The notes under the pieces were generated by a model. That model made no database searches. It was given only the letters and a program-made list of their open reading frames with translations, and was not told the origin of the DNA. Of a stretch of DNA of 64,000 nt, positions 35,846 to 45,977 are shown one piece after another. A program made the position numbers and the translations under genes. Source of the stretch: an uncultured Spirochaetota bacterium (GTDB lineage: Bacteria > Spirochaetota > Spirochaetia > SZUA-6 > CAVTHK01); assembly GCA_963734495.1 (NCBI GenBank), contig CAVTHK010000013.1, forward strand, positions 160,001-224,000. The letters are read 5' to 3'. The stretch's first letter is position 1. Each line of letters starts with the position of its first letter.

Positions 35846-36441
35846 CAGTCGTTCCCCTTTTCCGGAGCCGGCTGCCGCGGAGCGGACTGCCACGCGTGCG
35901 TCTCCTTCTGCCGCGCGATGTCGAGGATCTCGCTCGTGCGCCGATCGATCCTCTGCGCGGAAGCGGTCGAGATCTCGCGCTGCGCGGCGCCTGCGTGCAT
36001 CTTGCGCAGCGCGAGCTCCAGGTTCACCTTGGCGTCCACGTCGCCGGGCTTCTGCCGCAGCGCCTCGACGTAGCTGTTCGCCGCGTCCTCGAAACGCCCC
36101 TGCTCGTACTCCAGCGCGCCGAGGTTGAACTGCGCGCGGAAGAGGAGCTCCCTGCCCTGCCCTTCGAGGGCGCGCGTGATCGTGTCGCGCGCCGCGGCCG
36201 GCTCCCCGAGCGAGGCGTAGACGTTGCCGAGGTCGTACTCCACGTAAGGCGCGGCCGCGCGCGACGCTTTCTCGAAGGCGGCGAGGTACGCGACCGTCGC
36301 CCGGCCGTACTCGCCGTTGCGGGCGCTCAGGTTGCCCCGCAGCACCAGGAGGTCTGCGCTGCCGGCGGGGCGGCCGCCCCGCGGCGCGCACGAGGCCAGC
36401 ATGAGCGCGAGGGCGAGCGCGGCAACCCATCGCGGCGTCAC
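35842..36441 (-). CDS. BatC-like TPR lipoprotein
   Basis: LASC lipobox, YDLGNVY, FNLG, DAKVNLELA, C-terminal NDW. Confidence 0.8.
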   Translation of the reverse strand: MTPRWVAALALALMLASCAPRGGRPAGSADLLVLRGNLSARNGEYGRATVAYLAAFEKASRAAAPYVEYDLGNVYASLGEPAAARDTITRALEGQGRELLFRAQFNLGALEYEQGRFEDAANSYVEALRQKPGDVDAKVNLELALRKMHAGAAQREISTASAQRIDRRTSEILDIARQKETHAWQSAPRQPAPEKGNDW

Positions 36442-37427
36442 GACATCTGCCTCCCGCGGAGGATCCGCACCAGCCGCGCGAGCACGAGCAGCGCCAGCGC
36501 CAACGAGAGGAACAGCCGGTAGAGGGGCCGCTGCTCCGCCCTCACCCCCTGCGTCCAGTCCTTCTCGCCCAGCCCCTTGAGCAGCGGGAGCAGGTCGCGG
36601 GCGACGCGCGCGGTCTCTCCCGAGCGGTAGACCCGGCCCCCGCTCGCGGCGGCGATCTGCTCGAGCTGCCGGAGGTCGAGCCGGCTCACGACGGGCCGAC
36701 CCGACCGGTCGAACACCGTGCGGCCGTCCGGCAGCACGAGCGTCGCCCCGGCCTCGGTGCCGATCGCGATCGCCAGGATCGGCACGCCGGCGTCGCGCGC
36801 GTCGCGCGCCGCGCGGACGGCGTCGCCGCTGAGGCTCTCGCCGTCTGAGAGGAGGAAGATCGCGCGGTACCGGCCAGGGTCGTGCAGGCTCGCGAGCGCG
36901 GCCCGGATGCCGGCCTCGACGTCCGACCCGGTCGAGGTCGACAGGTCCGGCCCCGCGGCGGAGAGCACCAGGGCGAGGGCCTCGGGGTCTTCGGTGAGCG
37001 GCAGCAGGCGGTACCCTTCGCCCTTGAACGCGACGACGGCGAAGCGCGAGGCCGGCAGCGCGGCGGAGAGGCGCTCCACCGCGGCCGTCGCGCTCGCGAG
37101 CCTGCTCGGCGGCTCGTCCGCCGCGAGCATGCTGCGCGACACGTCGAGCAGGTACACGACGTCGAGACCGGCGCGCTCGTCGACCGCCAGGCGCTTCCCG
37201 CCGCGCGGACCCGCGAGCGCCACGACCGCGAGCACGACGAACGCGACGGCGAAGGCGCCGGCGAAGAAGCTCTTGACCACCCAGACGTTGTAGAGGCCGG
37301 CGAAGCGCCTGCCGCCCGCGAGCGCGCGCAGGGGAGCGCGATCCGCGCGGAACCGCGCCATGAGCAGAAACGCGAAGGCCGGGGCGAGGATCAGCAGCCA
37401 GAGGGCCGACGGGTTGTCGAGCTTCAT
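36438..37427 (-). CDS. BatB-like VWA domain protein
   Basis: MIDAS DVSRSM, LPLTED, LSDGE, IGTEAG. Confidence 0.85.
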   Translation of the reverse strand: MKLDNPSALWLLILAPAFAFLLMARFRADRAPLRALAGGRRFAGLYNVWVVKSFFAGAFAVAFVVLAVVALAGPRGGKRLAVDERAGLDVVYLLDVSRSMLAADEPPSRLASATAAVERLSAALPASRFAVVAFKGEGYRLLPLTEDPEALALVLSAAGPDLSTSTGSDVEAGIRAALASLHDPGRYRAIFLLSDGESLSGDAVRAARDARDAGVPILAIAIGTEAGATLVLPDGRTVFDRSGRPVVSRLDLRQLEQIAAASGGRVYRSGETARVARDLLPLLKGLGEKDWTQGVRAEQRPLYRLFLSLALALLVLARLVRILRGRQMS

Positions 37428-37470
37428 CGGAGGACCCTCACGGGGCGCGGGCCCTGCGGTGCCGCGCGCA

Positions 37471-38472
37471 TCAGAACAGCTCCTTGAGCAGGGCCTTGCC
37501 CGCGGCCAGCCGCAGCAGGACGAGCAGCAGCCCGGCGAGCAGGAACCCCTCGTACAGAGGCGTCCGGACCACCGTGATCTTGACGCGCTTTTCCGTCTTC
37601 TCGTAGGAGTCGATCGCCTCGAAGATCGCGGCCAGCACTCCCGGGCTGCTCGCGTGAAAGAAGCTGCCGCCCGACGTGCGGGCGATCCGCCGGAGCAGCG
37701 CCTCGTCGAAGCGCCCCCGGTAGGTCCCGCGGACGGTGCGGCCCGTCTGCGGGTCGGTGTAGACGAGGGGCGCCTCGCCCTCGCGGCCGATCGCCACGGT
37801 GTGGATGCGGATGCCGAGCCGGGCGGCGGCCGCGGCTGCGTCGTCGGGCCCCACCTCGCCGGCGTTGTTCTCGCCGTCGGTGAGCAGGATGATGACCTTG
37901 CCGGTCGCGGGGCTGCGGGCGAGGTGCAGGCTCGCCAGCGCGATGCCCATGCCGATGGCCGTGCCTTCGCCAGGGCTCTCGATGCGGAGGGATTCCACCG
38001 CGTCCAGGAGCAGCGCGTAGTCGACGGTGGGCGGAACGCGCAGCACCGCCTCGTCCGCGAACGTCACCAGGCCGATCGGGTCGTTCTCGCGGCCGCGCAC
38101 GAAGGCACGGATCACGGCCTTGGCCGCTTCGAACCGGTTGTCGGGCTTGAAGTCCTGCGCGAGCATGCTCGGCGACTCGTCGAGCACGATCATGATGTCG
38201 AAGCCGCGCGAGAGGTAGCTCTTTTCCCTGGCCACCCGCTGGGGCCCGGCGAGGGCGATCACGAGCAGGGCGCACCCGACCCAGAACGCGGCCTCCGCCA
38301 GCGCGAGCGCGACCGCGGCGGGCTGAAGGCCGGGGGCAAAGCTCTCGCCCCGCCAGACCCGCCAGGCGAACGGGATGCGGCCGCCGCGGCGCGGGCTGAA
38401 ATGGATCAGCCAGACGAGCGGCGGGATCAGGAGCAGGAGGGCGAGCGCGGCGGGGTGCTCAAGCGTTCCCAC
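37471..38472 (-). CDS. BatA-like VWA domain protein
   Basis: DESPSM, GTAIGMG, LTDGENN. Confidence 0.88.
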   Translation of the reverse strand: MGTLEHPAALALLLLIPPLVWLIHFSPRRGGRIPFAWRVWRGESFAPGLQPAAVALALAEAAFWVGCALLVIALAGPQRVAREKSYLSRGFDIMIVLDESPSMLAQDFKPDNRFEAAKAVIRAFVRGRENDPIGLVTFADEAVLRVPPTVDYALLLDAVESLRIESPGEGTAIGMGIALASLHLARSPATGKVIILLTDGENNAGEVGPDDAAAAAARLGIRIHTVAIGREGEAPLVYTDPQTGRTVRGTYRGRFDEALLRRIARTSGGSFFHASSPGVLAAIFEAIDSYEKTEKRVKITVVRTPLYEGFLLAGLLLVLLRLAAGKALLKELF

Positions 38473-39385
38473 TGGAGGCCTCCTCGAGCCGCCGCGAGCA
38501 CGCTTCGGCGCTCTCCACAGCCGCGAGCAGCTCCGCGGGGTCGGCGGCGAGACCGCCGAACTTGACCCAGTCGCCCCTCGCGAACAGGCGCGCGAGCCCG
38601 TCGGCCGCCTCGCGCTCTTCGCCAGACGGGGCCAGGACCCGCAGTCTCTCGCCCAGCTCGCGCGTCGTGGAGGTCGTGGCGGCCAGCCCGTGCCTCCGCT
38701 CGAGATAGGTCCGCAGCGCGGAGGTGAGCTCGATGTAGAACTCGCGGCCCGCGAGACGGGCCGCGCGGAGGCGCAGCCGCTTCAGGGCGCGCTGCAGGCG
38801 GCTCCACGGGAGCGCGAGACGCCGGGTGCGGCCCACCCGCCGGCCCAGGCGGACCGCCCTCACCGCCAGCCACGCGGCGAGGATGGGGCCGCCGATCGCC
38901 AGGGCTGCCGCGGTCGCGAGGCGGAGGGCGGTGCCGGGCACGAAGAGCTGCTCGCGCGGGGGGGCCGGCCGATCCGCTTTCTTCTCCTCGAGGATCGAGG
39001 CGGTCTGGATGCGCAGGTCCTCGAGGGCGACTGCGCCGAGATCGAGCCGCGGCACCCGCGTCGGGCCGGGAGCGAACGAGACGAGCTCGATGCGGACGTC
39101 CCACTCGCCGCCGCCGAGAGGCGCGACCCTCACGCGCTGCACGTCGAGCCACGGGGCCGACGGCATCTTCGCGGGGGCGCGCAGCTCGACGGTCTTCGCG
39201 CCTGCGCCGACCCGCACGCGCACGCGCAGCTCCACGGGGTCGCCGACGTAGAATCGCAGCGGCGCGGTCCCCGATTCGAGGACGGTGTAGCCGGGCTGCG
39301 CGGCCCCCTGTCCCGCGGCGAGCAGCGAGAGCAGCGCCGCAAGGGCGAGGGCGGCGGGGAGCCGCCGGAGGCGATGCCGGCTCAT
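38459..39385 (-). CDS. Hypothetical membrane protein of the Bat operon
   Basis: Signal peptide, VGDPV, TM segment, LRTYLE..STTRE, DWVKF. Confidence 0.7.
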   Translation of the reverse strand: MSRHRLRRLPAALALAALLSLLAAGQGAAQPGYTVLESGTAPLRFYVGDPVELRVRVRVGAGAKTVELRAPAKMPSAPWLDVQRVRVAPLGGGEWDVRIELVSFAPGPTRVPRLDLGAVALEDLRIQTASILEEKKADRPAPPREQLFVPGTALRLATAAALAIGGPILAAWLAVRAVRLGRRVGRTRRLALPWSRLQRALKRLRLRAARLAGREFYIELTSALRTYLERRHGLAATTSTTRELGERLRVLAPSGEEREAADGLARLFARGDWVKFGGLAADPAELLAAVESAEACSRRLEEASSGNA

Positions 39386-40311
39386 CGGCGCTTCCTCCGG
39401 CGCTTGAAGAACTCGTCGAGCCTGAGGCCCGGGTCGTCGGAGGTGCCGATCTCGAGCGTCTCGACCCCGCACCGGCGGCATCGTGCGTTCCATTCCGCAA
39501 GCCGGTCGAGGGCGAACCTCTGCCAGCCGAGCCTGAATGAGCGCGAGCCGAATGCGGACAGCGTCGCCCCGCTCTCGGGGTCTTCGAGAGCGACGAGGCC
39601 CACGTCGGGAAAGTCCGCGTCCGCGGAGTCGGTGACCCGGACCGCGATCACGTCGTGCCGGCGGGCGAGGAGGGCCAACTCATGCCAGTAGCCTTCAGTT
39701 TTGAAGTCCGAGAGGATGACGCAGATGCCGCGCCTCTTGAGCGACTGCCCGATGGTGCGCAGGGCCAGCGCGAGGTCCGAGCCGCGTCCCGCCGCCGCAA
39801 AGCCGGCATAATCGTTGAGCAGCCTGTGGATGTGCTTGCGCCCCTTGCCGGGCGCGACCCACTTCTCGATGCGGTCGGAGTAGAGCACGGCGCCCACGCG
39901 GTCGTTGTTCGCGACCGCGGAGAGCGCCAGCGTGGCGAACGCGAGGAGCGCCGTCTCGTCCTTGCCGGTGTCGCCCGAGCCCGCGTACATCGAGGCGGAG
40001 ACGTCGGCGGCGAGGAACAGCGAGAGCTCCCGCTCTTCGCGGAACGTCTTGGTGTACGGGCTGCCCATGCGGGAGGTCACGTTCCAGTCGATGAGGCGCA
40101 CATCGTCGCCAGGGGAGTAGTCGCGCACTTCGTCGAACTCGATGCCCTGGCCGCGGAACACGCTGCGGTAGCCGCCGGCGAGGAGGCTTTCGACGAGGCG
40201 CACGCTCGAGAGCTGGATCGCGCGGAGCCTCCGGGCGAGGAGCAGCCGGTCGGGGCTCTCGTCGCGGCGGCCGCTCCTGCGCGGGCCCGCGCGCTCTCGC
40301 TTGCGGAACAC
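39382..40311 (-). CDS. DUF58 domain protein
   Basis: GIEFDEVRDY, DVRLIDWNVT, DVSASM, ILSDF. Confidence 0.92.
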   Translation of the reverse strand: MFRKRERAGPRRSGRRDESPDRLLLARRLRAIQLSSVRLVESLLAGGYRSVFRGQGIEFDEVRDYSPGDDVRLIDWNVTSRMGSPYTKTFREERELSLFLAADVSASMYAGSGDTGKDETALLAFATLALSAVANNDRVGAVLYSDRIEKWVAPGKGRKHIHRLLNDYAGFAAAGRGSDLALALRTIGQSLKRRGICVILSDFKTEGYWHELALLARRHDVIAVRVTDSADADFPDVGLVALEDPESGATLSAFGSRSFRLGWQRFALDRLAEWNARCRRCGVETLEIGTSDDPGLRLDEFFKRRRKRR

Positions 40312-40324
40312 GGCCGCCCCCGGC

Positions 40325-41359
40325 TCACGGCACCGCGACGCGGGCGAGCAGCTCGCGCACGATGTCGTCGGCGGCCAGGCGCTCGCTCTCCGCCTCGTAG
40401 CTGAGGATCAGCCGGTGACGCAGCACCGCGGGAGCGACGGCCTTGACGTCCTCGGGGATGACGAAGCCCCGGCCTTCGAGCAGCGCCCGGGTGCGCGCGA
40501 GCCGGTAGGTGTAGATCGAAGCGCGCGGCGAGGCGCCGTACTCGATGTAGCGGAGCAGGTCCGCCCTGCTCTCCGCCTTGCCCTCCGGCCTGCTTTCCGG
40601 CCCGCCTGCGCCCCCGCCCGCGCCGGCGGGACGCGTGGCCACGACGAGCCGCACGATGTATTCCTCGACGCGCTCGTCGACGTGGATCTGCTCCGCGAGC
40701 CGCTGCACCTCGGCGAGCGCCTTGCGGTCAAAGGCGCGCTCGACCGGGATCGGCCTCTCGTTGCCGACCAGGCGCACGATCCGCACTTCCTCGTCGAAGG
40801 CGGGATAGCGCACGAGCAGCTTGGTCATGAAGCGGTCGAGCTGCGCCTCGGGCAGCGGGTAGGTCCCCTCGTGCTCGATGGGGTTCTGCGTGGCCAGCAC
40901 GAAGAACGGCGGGTCCAGGGGGTAGGTCGCATCGCCGAGGGTGACCTGGCGCTCCTGCATCGCCTCGAGCAGCGCCGACTGCACCTTGGCCGGGGCGCGG
41001 TTGATCTCGTCGGCGAGGATGATGTTGGCGAAGACCGGGCCCTTGCGCGGCGCGAACCGGCCGGTGGCCTGGTTGAAGACCATGGTGCCCACGAGGTCCG
41101 CGGGCAGGAGGTCGGGGGTGAACTGGATCCGGCGGAAGACCCCGTCCATCACCTCGGCCAGGGTCCGGATGGCCAGCGTCTTGGCGAGCCCCGGCACGCC
41201 TTCGACGAGAACGTGCCCGCCGCAGACGATGGCCATGAGCAGGCCCTCGATCATCTCGCGCTGCCCGACGACCCGGCGCTCGACCTGCTCGATCGCGCCC
41301 GCGAACAGCGCGGCGGCGGCCCTGACGTCCTGCTCGTCCAACTGCCCGGCTCGCTCCAT
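40325..41359 (-). CDS. MoxR family AAA+ ATPase
   Basis: EGVPGLAKT, RIQFTPDLLPAD, DEINRAPAKVQSALLEAM, ATQNPIE. Confidence 0.95.
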   Translation of the reverse strand: MERAGQLDEQDVRAAAALFAGAIEQVERRVVGQREMIEGLLMAIVCGGHVLVEGVPGLAKTLAIRTLAEVMDGVFRRIQFTPDLLPADLVGTMVFNQATGRFAPRKGPVFANIILADEINRAPAKVQSALLEAMQERQVTLGDATYPLDPPFFVLATQNPIEHEGTYPLPEAQLDRFMTKLLVRYPAFDEEVRIVRLVGNERPIPVERAFDRKALAEVQRLAEQIHVDERVEEYIVRLVVATRPAGAGGGAGGPESRPEGKAESRADLLRYIEYGASPRASIYTYRLARTRALLEGRGFVIPEDVKAVAPAVLRHRLILSYEAESERLAADDIVRELLARVAVP

Positions 41360-41479
41360 GAACGTAACTGTATAGCCGATCGGCGGAAGCCGCGGCAAGG
41401 ACGCGCGCGGCCGCCGCCGACGCCCGCGCCCCCTTGACTCGTGGTAATACCGGGTATCATCCTCACGACAGGGGGAAGA

Positions 41480-42400
41480 ATGGCGTCCCGCCACGGGAGG
41501 CTGCTCATCGCAGCCGCGGCGGTCCTGGCCGTCGCGGCGGGCTGTGCGCGGTCCGCGGCCACCGACAACAGGATCCGCGTCGCGGTGACGATCGCTCCGC
41601 ACGGCTACTTCGTGCAGAGGATCGCGGGCGCCCGCGTGTCCGTCCAGGTCCTCGTTCCTCCGGGACAGGACCCGCACACCTACGACATCACGCCTCAGGC
41701 CCTCAGGGAGCTGTCGCGCTCCCGGCTCTACTTCACGGCCGGGCTGGAGATCGAGAACACCCTGGCTCCCCGGGTCGCGAAGATAGGGAACATCCGGATC
41801 GTGGATACGCTGAAGGTTCTCGGGCCGTCCCTGTTCGCTGCAGCGCCGCAGGGCGCGCAAGCCGGTCAAGCCCCCGGCGGTCCGCAGGCCGGCTCGCAAG
41901 CGGCTTCCGCGGAAGGCGTCGATCCTCACGTCTGGCTCAGCCCGACGCTGGCCGCGCGTCAGGCCGAGACCATGCGCGATGCCCTCGTCTCCGTCGATCC
42001 CGCGGGCAAGGCCGACTACGAGCGCGGCTGCGACGGGCTTGTCGCGGACCTGCGCGCCGCGCGCGAGCGCATCGCCGCGCTCCTCGCCCCGCACCGGGGC
42101 GCGCGGCTCTACGTCTTTCACCCCGCGTGGGGCTATTTTGCCCGCGAGTTCGGCCTCGAGCAGGTGGCGATCGAGGTCGAAGGCAAGGAACCGACGGCCA
42201 GACAGCTCGCGGACCTGGTCCGCACCGCGCGGCAGGAGCGCGTCCGGGTGGTGTTCGCCGAGCCGCAGTTCAGCACCGCGAGCGCGCAATCCGTGGCGCG
42301 GGCAATCGGCGCCCGGGTCGCGCTCATCGACGATCTCTCGCCCGACTACCTCACCAACCTCGACCGCGCCGCCGCCGAGATCGCGGCGGCGCTTCGTTAG
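41480..42400 (+). CDS. Zn/Mn ABC transporter substrate-binding lipoprotein (ZnuA/TroA family)
   Basis: AAGC lipobox, DPHTY, DPHVWLSP, FHPAWGYF, EGKEP. Confidence 0.9.
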   Translation: MASRHGRLLIAAAAVLAVAAGCARSAATDNRIRVAVTIAPHGYFVQRIAGARVSVQVLVPPGQDPHTYDITPQALRELSRSRLYFTAGLEIENTLAPRVAKIGNIRIVDTLKVLGPSLFAAAPQGAQAGQAPGGPQAGSQAASAEGVDPHVWLSPTLAARQAETMRDALVSVDPAGKADYERGCDGLVADLRAARERIAALLAPHRGARLYVFHPAWGYFAREFGLEQVAIEVEGKEPTARQLADLVRTARQERVRVVFAEPQFSTASAQSVARAIGARVALIDDLSPDYLTNLDRAAAEIAAALR

Positions 42401-42481
42401 CCGCAGGCCAGTCAGCCGCGCGCGTCCTTGCCCAGCCGCGCGCAGTGCGGGTATGCTGACCGGCGTCCGCGGAGGATTCAA

Positions 42482-43363
42482 GTGAGCGCAACCACGGTGG
42501 AGCTGGTCTGTGATGCGAAGGCTGAGCTGGGCGAAGGCCCCATCTGGGACTACCGCAGGGGCCTGCTGTACTGGCTCGACATCGCGGGCAAGGTCATCCA
42601 CGTCTACGATCCGATGGCGGACCGCGATCGGACGATCGAAGCAGGTCAGGAGGTCGGATGCCTCGCCCTGCGCAGCAATGGGGGCCTGATCTTCGCGGGC
42701 CGCAACGGCTTCGCCGAGGTCGACCTCGAGTCGGGCGCGATCGTCGACGTCCTCGATCCCGAGCGCCACCTGCCGGACAACCGCTTCAACGACGGCAAGT
42801 GCGATGCGCGCGGCAGGTTCTGGGCGGGCACGATGAACACAAAGGGGCAGCAGAACAAGGGCTCGCTCTACTGCCTGTACCCGGACTTCAGGCTCCGCAC
42901 GCTCATCACGGGCGTCAGCATCTCGAACGGCATCGCCTGGTCCGCGGACCAGAAGACCATGTACTACATCGACACTCCGACCCGGGAGGTCGTCGCCTTC
43001 GATTTCGACCCGGACACCGGGGACCTCTCGGGCCGCCGCGTCGTCGTACGCGTGCCGGACGACAGGGGCAAGCCCGACGGGATGACGATGGATACCGAAG
43101 GCATGCTCTGGGTCGCCCTGTACGGCGGCGGCGCCGTCACCCGGTGGGACCCGCAGGACGGAAAGCTGCTCGCGACGATCGAGGTGCCGGCGCCGAGGGT
43201 CACCTCGTGCGCGTTCGCCGGCCTGCGGATGGACGAGCTGTACATCACCACGGCGCGTCAGGGCCTCGACCCCAAGGACGCGGCCGCCTTTCCCCACTCC
43301 GGCGGCCTGTTCCTTGCGCGGCCCGGCGCGCGCGGCACGCACGAGCCGCTGTTCGGCGGCTGA
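42482..43363 (+). CDS. SMP-30/gluconolactonase family protein
   Basis: LGEGP, RFNDGK, SNGIAW, PDGM, TSCAF. Confidence 0.93.
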   Translation: MSATTVELVCDAKAELGEGPIWDYRRGLLYWLDIAGKVIHVYDPMADRDRTIEAGQEVGCLALRSNGGLIFAGRNGFAEVDLESGAIVDVLDPERHLPDNRFNDGKCDARGRFWAGTMNTKGQQNKGSLYCLYPDFRLRTLITGVSISNGIAWSADQKTMYYIDTPTREVVAFDFDPDTGDLSGRRVVVRVPDDRGKPDGMTMDTEGMLWVALYGGGAVTRWDPQDGKLLATIEVPAPRVTSCAFAGLRMDELYITTARQGLDPKDAAAFPHSGGLFLARPGARGTHEPLFGG

Positions 43364-43389
43364 GCCGGCGCGGCCGGCCCGCGCCCGCT

Positions 43390-44685
43390 TCAGCTCCGGT
43401 AGTCGGCGTTCTCCTTGACGTAGCCGTAGGAGAGGTCCGAGCCGATCGCCGCGACTCTCGTGTCGCCGCCGCCGACCGCGATCTCGATCTCGACCGAGCG
43501 CTCGTGCTCCGGGTAGCCGCGGTCGCCGCTGGTGTACTGGCAATCCTTCATGTAGCGGCTCAGGCGCTCCTCCGTCCCCGGGTCGAGCGCGAAGCTCCCG
43601 CCGCGGTAGACCTGCGCCCCGCCGATGGCGAACGAGAGCTCCGCCGGATCGACAGCGATGTCGTGGTTGCCGAAGTAGTCGCCCAGCGCGCTGAGCACCC
43701 GCCCGACGTTGGGGTCGTTGCCGAACACCGCGGTCTTGACCAGCGGCGAGTTGACCACTGCCTTGGCGGCGCCGAGCGCCTGCTGCCGGCTGAGCCTGCC
43801 GCTCACGGTCACGCGCACGACGTGCTGCGCGCCTTCGCCGTTGCGCACGACGTCCTCGGCGAGCGCGGCACAGACTTCCGCGATCGCCGCGGCAAGGGCG
43901 CCCGGCCTCGCCGGCCCCCGCTTCGCGGAGCTCAGCAGCAGCACGGTGTCGCTCGTGCTCTGGTCGCTGTCCACGGAAATACGGTTGAAGGTGTCCGCGA
44001 CGGCGCGCGACAGATCGTGCCGAAGGTCGTCGCGGGAAGCCTTGACGTCGGTGAGCAGGAACACCAGCAGCGTCGCCATGTTCGGCTCGATCATGCCCGC
44101 TCCCTTGGCGACCCCCACGATCCGTCCCTCGCCCCCGTCCTGCAGGCTCACCGCCGCGGCCCTCACCTTGGGAAAGGCATCGGTCGTCATGATCGCCCGG
44201 GCCACCGGCAGGTACGACTCGCGGCTGAGCCCCTTTACGAGGTGCGGAAGCGTCTTGACCATGTCGTCGACCGGCAGCTTCCAGCCGATGATCCCGGTCG
44301 ATGCGGGCACCAGCTCCTCGGGCTTCACGTCGGTGAGCGCGGCGAGGCTCGAGAGAAGCCGCTCGGCGTCCTCGCGGCCGCCGGCCGTGTTCACGTTCGA
44401 GATCTTGTTGTTCACGAGGACGCCCGCCAGGCGGCGGCCCGCCAGGCGTTCGCGGCCGATGACGACGGGCCAGCCGGCGAAACGGTTGCGCGTGTAGCAG
44501 CCGGCGAACAGCTCCGTGGGCTCGTCGGCGAGGATCAGGGACAGGTTCATGGGAAGCGGCGCAGCGACCTGCCGCTCCGCCGGGTGGAACTCCAGGTGAG
44601 CGGTGGAGACGCGGAAGCCGTCGGGGAGAGCGGCCCGTTTCGCGAGAGCCGCCATGTATGCATCGCGGTCAGCGTATTCTGCCAT
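43390..44685 (-). CDS. argJ: Ornithine acetyltransferase / N-acetylglutamate synthase
   Basis: STGIIG, IMTTD, KGAGMIEPNMAT, DQSTSD, SPLVKTA, ENADYRS. Confidence 0.93.
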   Translation of the reverse strand: MAEYADRDAYMAALAKRAALPDGFRVSTAHLEFHPAERQVAAPLPMNLSLILADEPTELFAGCYTRNRFAGWPVVIGRERLAGRRLAGVLVNNKISNVNTAGGREDAERLLSSLAALTDVKPEELVPASTGIIGWKLPVDDMVKTLPHLVKGLSRESYLPVARAIMTTDAFPKVRAAAVSLQDGGEGRIVGVAKGAGMIEPNMATLLVFLLTDVKASRDDLRHDLSRAVADTFNRISVDSDQSTSDTVLLLSSAKRGPARPGALAAAIAEVCAALAEDVVRNGEGAQHVVRVTVSGRLSRQQALGAAKAVVNSPLVKTAVFGNDPNVGRVLSALGDYFGNHDIAVDPAELSFAIGGAQVYRGGSFALDPGTEERLSRYMKDCQYTSGDRGYPEHERSVEIEIAVGGGDTRVAAIGSDLSYGYVKENADYRS

Positions 44686-44691
44686 GGCCCT

Positions 44692-45819
44692 TTATAGCGC
44701 GCCGCCGCGATCGCCGTCGAGGAAACGGACGCACACCGCGGTAGGCACTTTGACGACCTCGCCGACGCGCGTGAGCTTCCCGCTGGCCCGATCGATGGCA
44801 AAGGTGAAGACGTCGTCGGTGTCCTGGTTGGCGGCCAGCAGGTAGCGCCCGCTGGGGTCGATCCCGAATCCTCTCGGCGTCCTGCCTCCGGAGGCCGTGT
44901 GCCCGATCGGGGTGAGCTTGCCCGATCCCTGATCGATGCGGTAGCCGGCGATGCTGTCGTGACCGCGGTTCGACCCGTAGAGGAACGCGCCGTCCGGGGT
45001 CACCTGCACGTCCGAGCACGTGCTGTGGCCCGCGAACCCTTCGGGAAGGGTCGAGACCGTCTGCAGGCGCTCAAGAGCGCCGCTGGGCCGCTCGCGGGCG
45101 AAGGCGCTGATCGTCGAGCTCAGCTCGTTGATCAGGTAGGCGTAGCGGCCGCTCGGGTGGAAGGCAAAGGAACGGGGCCCCGCACCCGGCTTTTCCGCGA
45201 CGAGGAGGTCGTCGCGCGCGCGCAGCTTTCCGCGCTTCGCGTCGACCTCGTACACGACGAGCCGGTCGAGGCCGAGGTCGGGCACGAAGAGGAGGCTCCG
45301 GGAGGCGTCAAAGTTGACCGCGTGCGCGTGGGGGCCGCGCTGCCGCACCGGGTCCACGCTCGAGCCATGGTGCTGCACGAAGTCGCTGGCCTCGGCGAGG
45401 CTTCCGTCCGCGTTGACCGGAAACACCGAGACGCTGCCGCTCGCGAAGTTCGCGACGAACACGTGCGAGCCGGCGTCGTGCACGGAGACGTGGCAGGGGT
45501 CGGTGCCGCCCGTGGCCTGCTGATTCAGGAACGTGAGGCCCCCGTCCTTGCCGATCGCGTACGCGCTGACCGCTCCGCTCGCCTGCTCGCGGAACTTCTT
45601 GAACTCGTTCACGCAGTAGAGGAACCGCCCGTCCGGCGAAAAGGCCAGGTACGAGGGGTTGACGATTCCGCGCATCGTGGCCTTCGGGGTGAGCGACCCG
45701 TTGCGAAGGTCCAGAGTGAACAGGTAGATGCCTTCACCTTTGCTCTGAAGGACCTTGCCCGTTCCAAACAGGATGGGCTCCGTGTAGGTGCCAAAGTACA
45801 CCGAAAGTTGATCCGCCAT
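44692..45819 (-). CDS. Lactonase family beta-propeller (6-phosphogluconolactonase-like)
   Basis: GTYT, NPSYL, PHAH, PDLGLD, GPR, SNRGHD, ANQ. Confidence 0.9.
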   Translation of the reverse strand: MADQLSVYFGTYTEPILFGTGKVLQSKGEGIYLFTLDLRNGSLTPKATMRGIVNPSYLAFSPDGRFLYCVNEFKKFREQASGAVSAYAIGKDGGLTFLNQQATGGTDPCHVSVHDAGSHVFVANFASGSVSVFPVNADGSLAEASDFVQHHGSSVDPVRQRGPHAHAVNFDASRSLLFVPDLGLDRLVVYEVDAKRGKLRARDDLLVAEKPGAGPRSFAFHPSGRYAYLINELSSTISAFARERPSGALERLQTVSTLPEGFAGHSTCSDVQVTPDGAFLYGSNRGHDSIAGYRIDQGSGKLTPIGHTASGGRTPRGFGIDPSGRYLLAANQDTDDVFTFAIDRASGKLTRVGEVVKVPTAVCVRFLDGDRGGAL

Positions 45820-45977
45820 CGATCCCGTCCCCCTCTCGCGCCGGTCGGAGGACTATAGGCGGAATTGCGCGTCGATTTCAACGCCTCCGATTCGCTATAA
45901 TCCACGCTGAGAACGGTCTCATGCCCGAGGCGCCGGGCGCTTGTGCGAACCCGTCGCGCGGGGGAGGAGGAACGCCG

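Noticed and set aside
34346-36430. 694-aa TPR-Smr fusion ORF
   Set aside because: Created by an apparent frameshift near 34985. The BatE-like C-terminus and its stop (34900) are in another frame.
40325-43543. 1072-aa ORF as a giant MoxR fusion
   Set aside because: Only the last 344 codons are MoxR. The rest is antisense to the ZnuA-like and SMP-30 genes.
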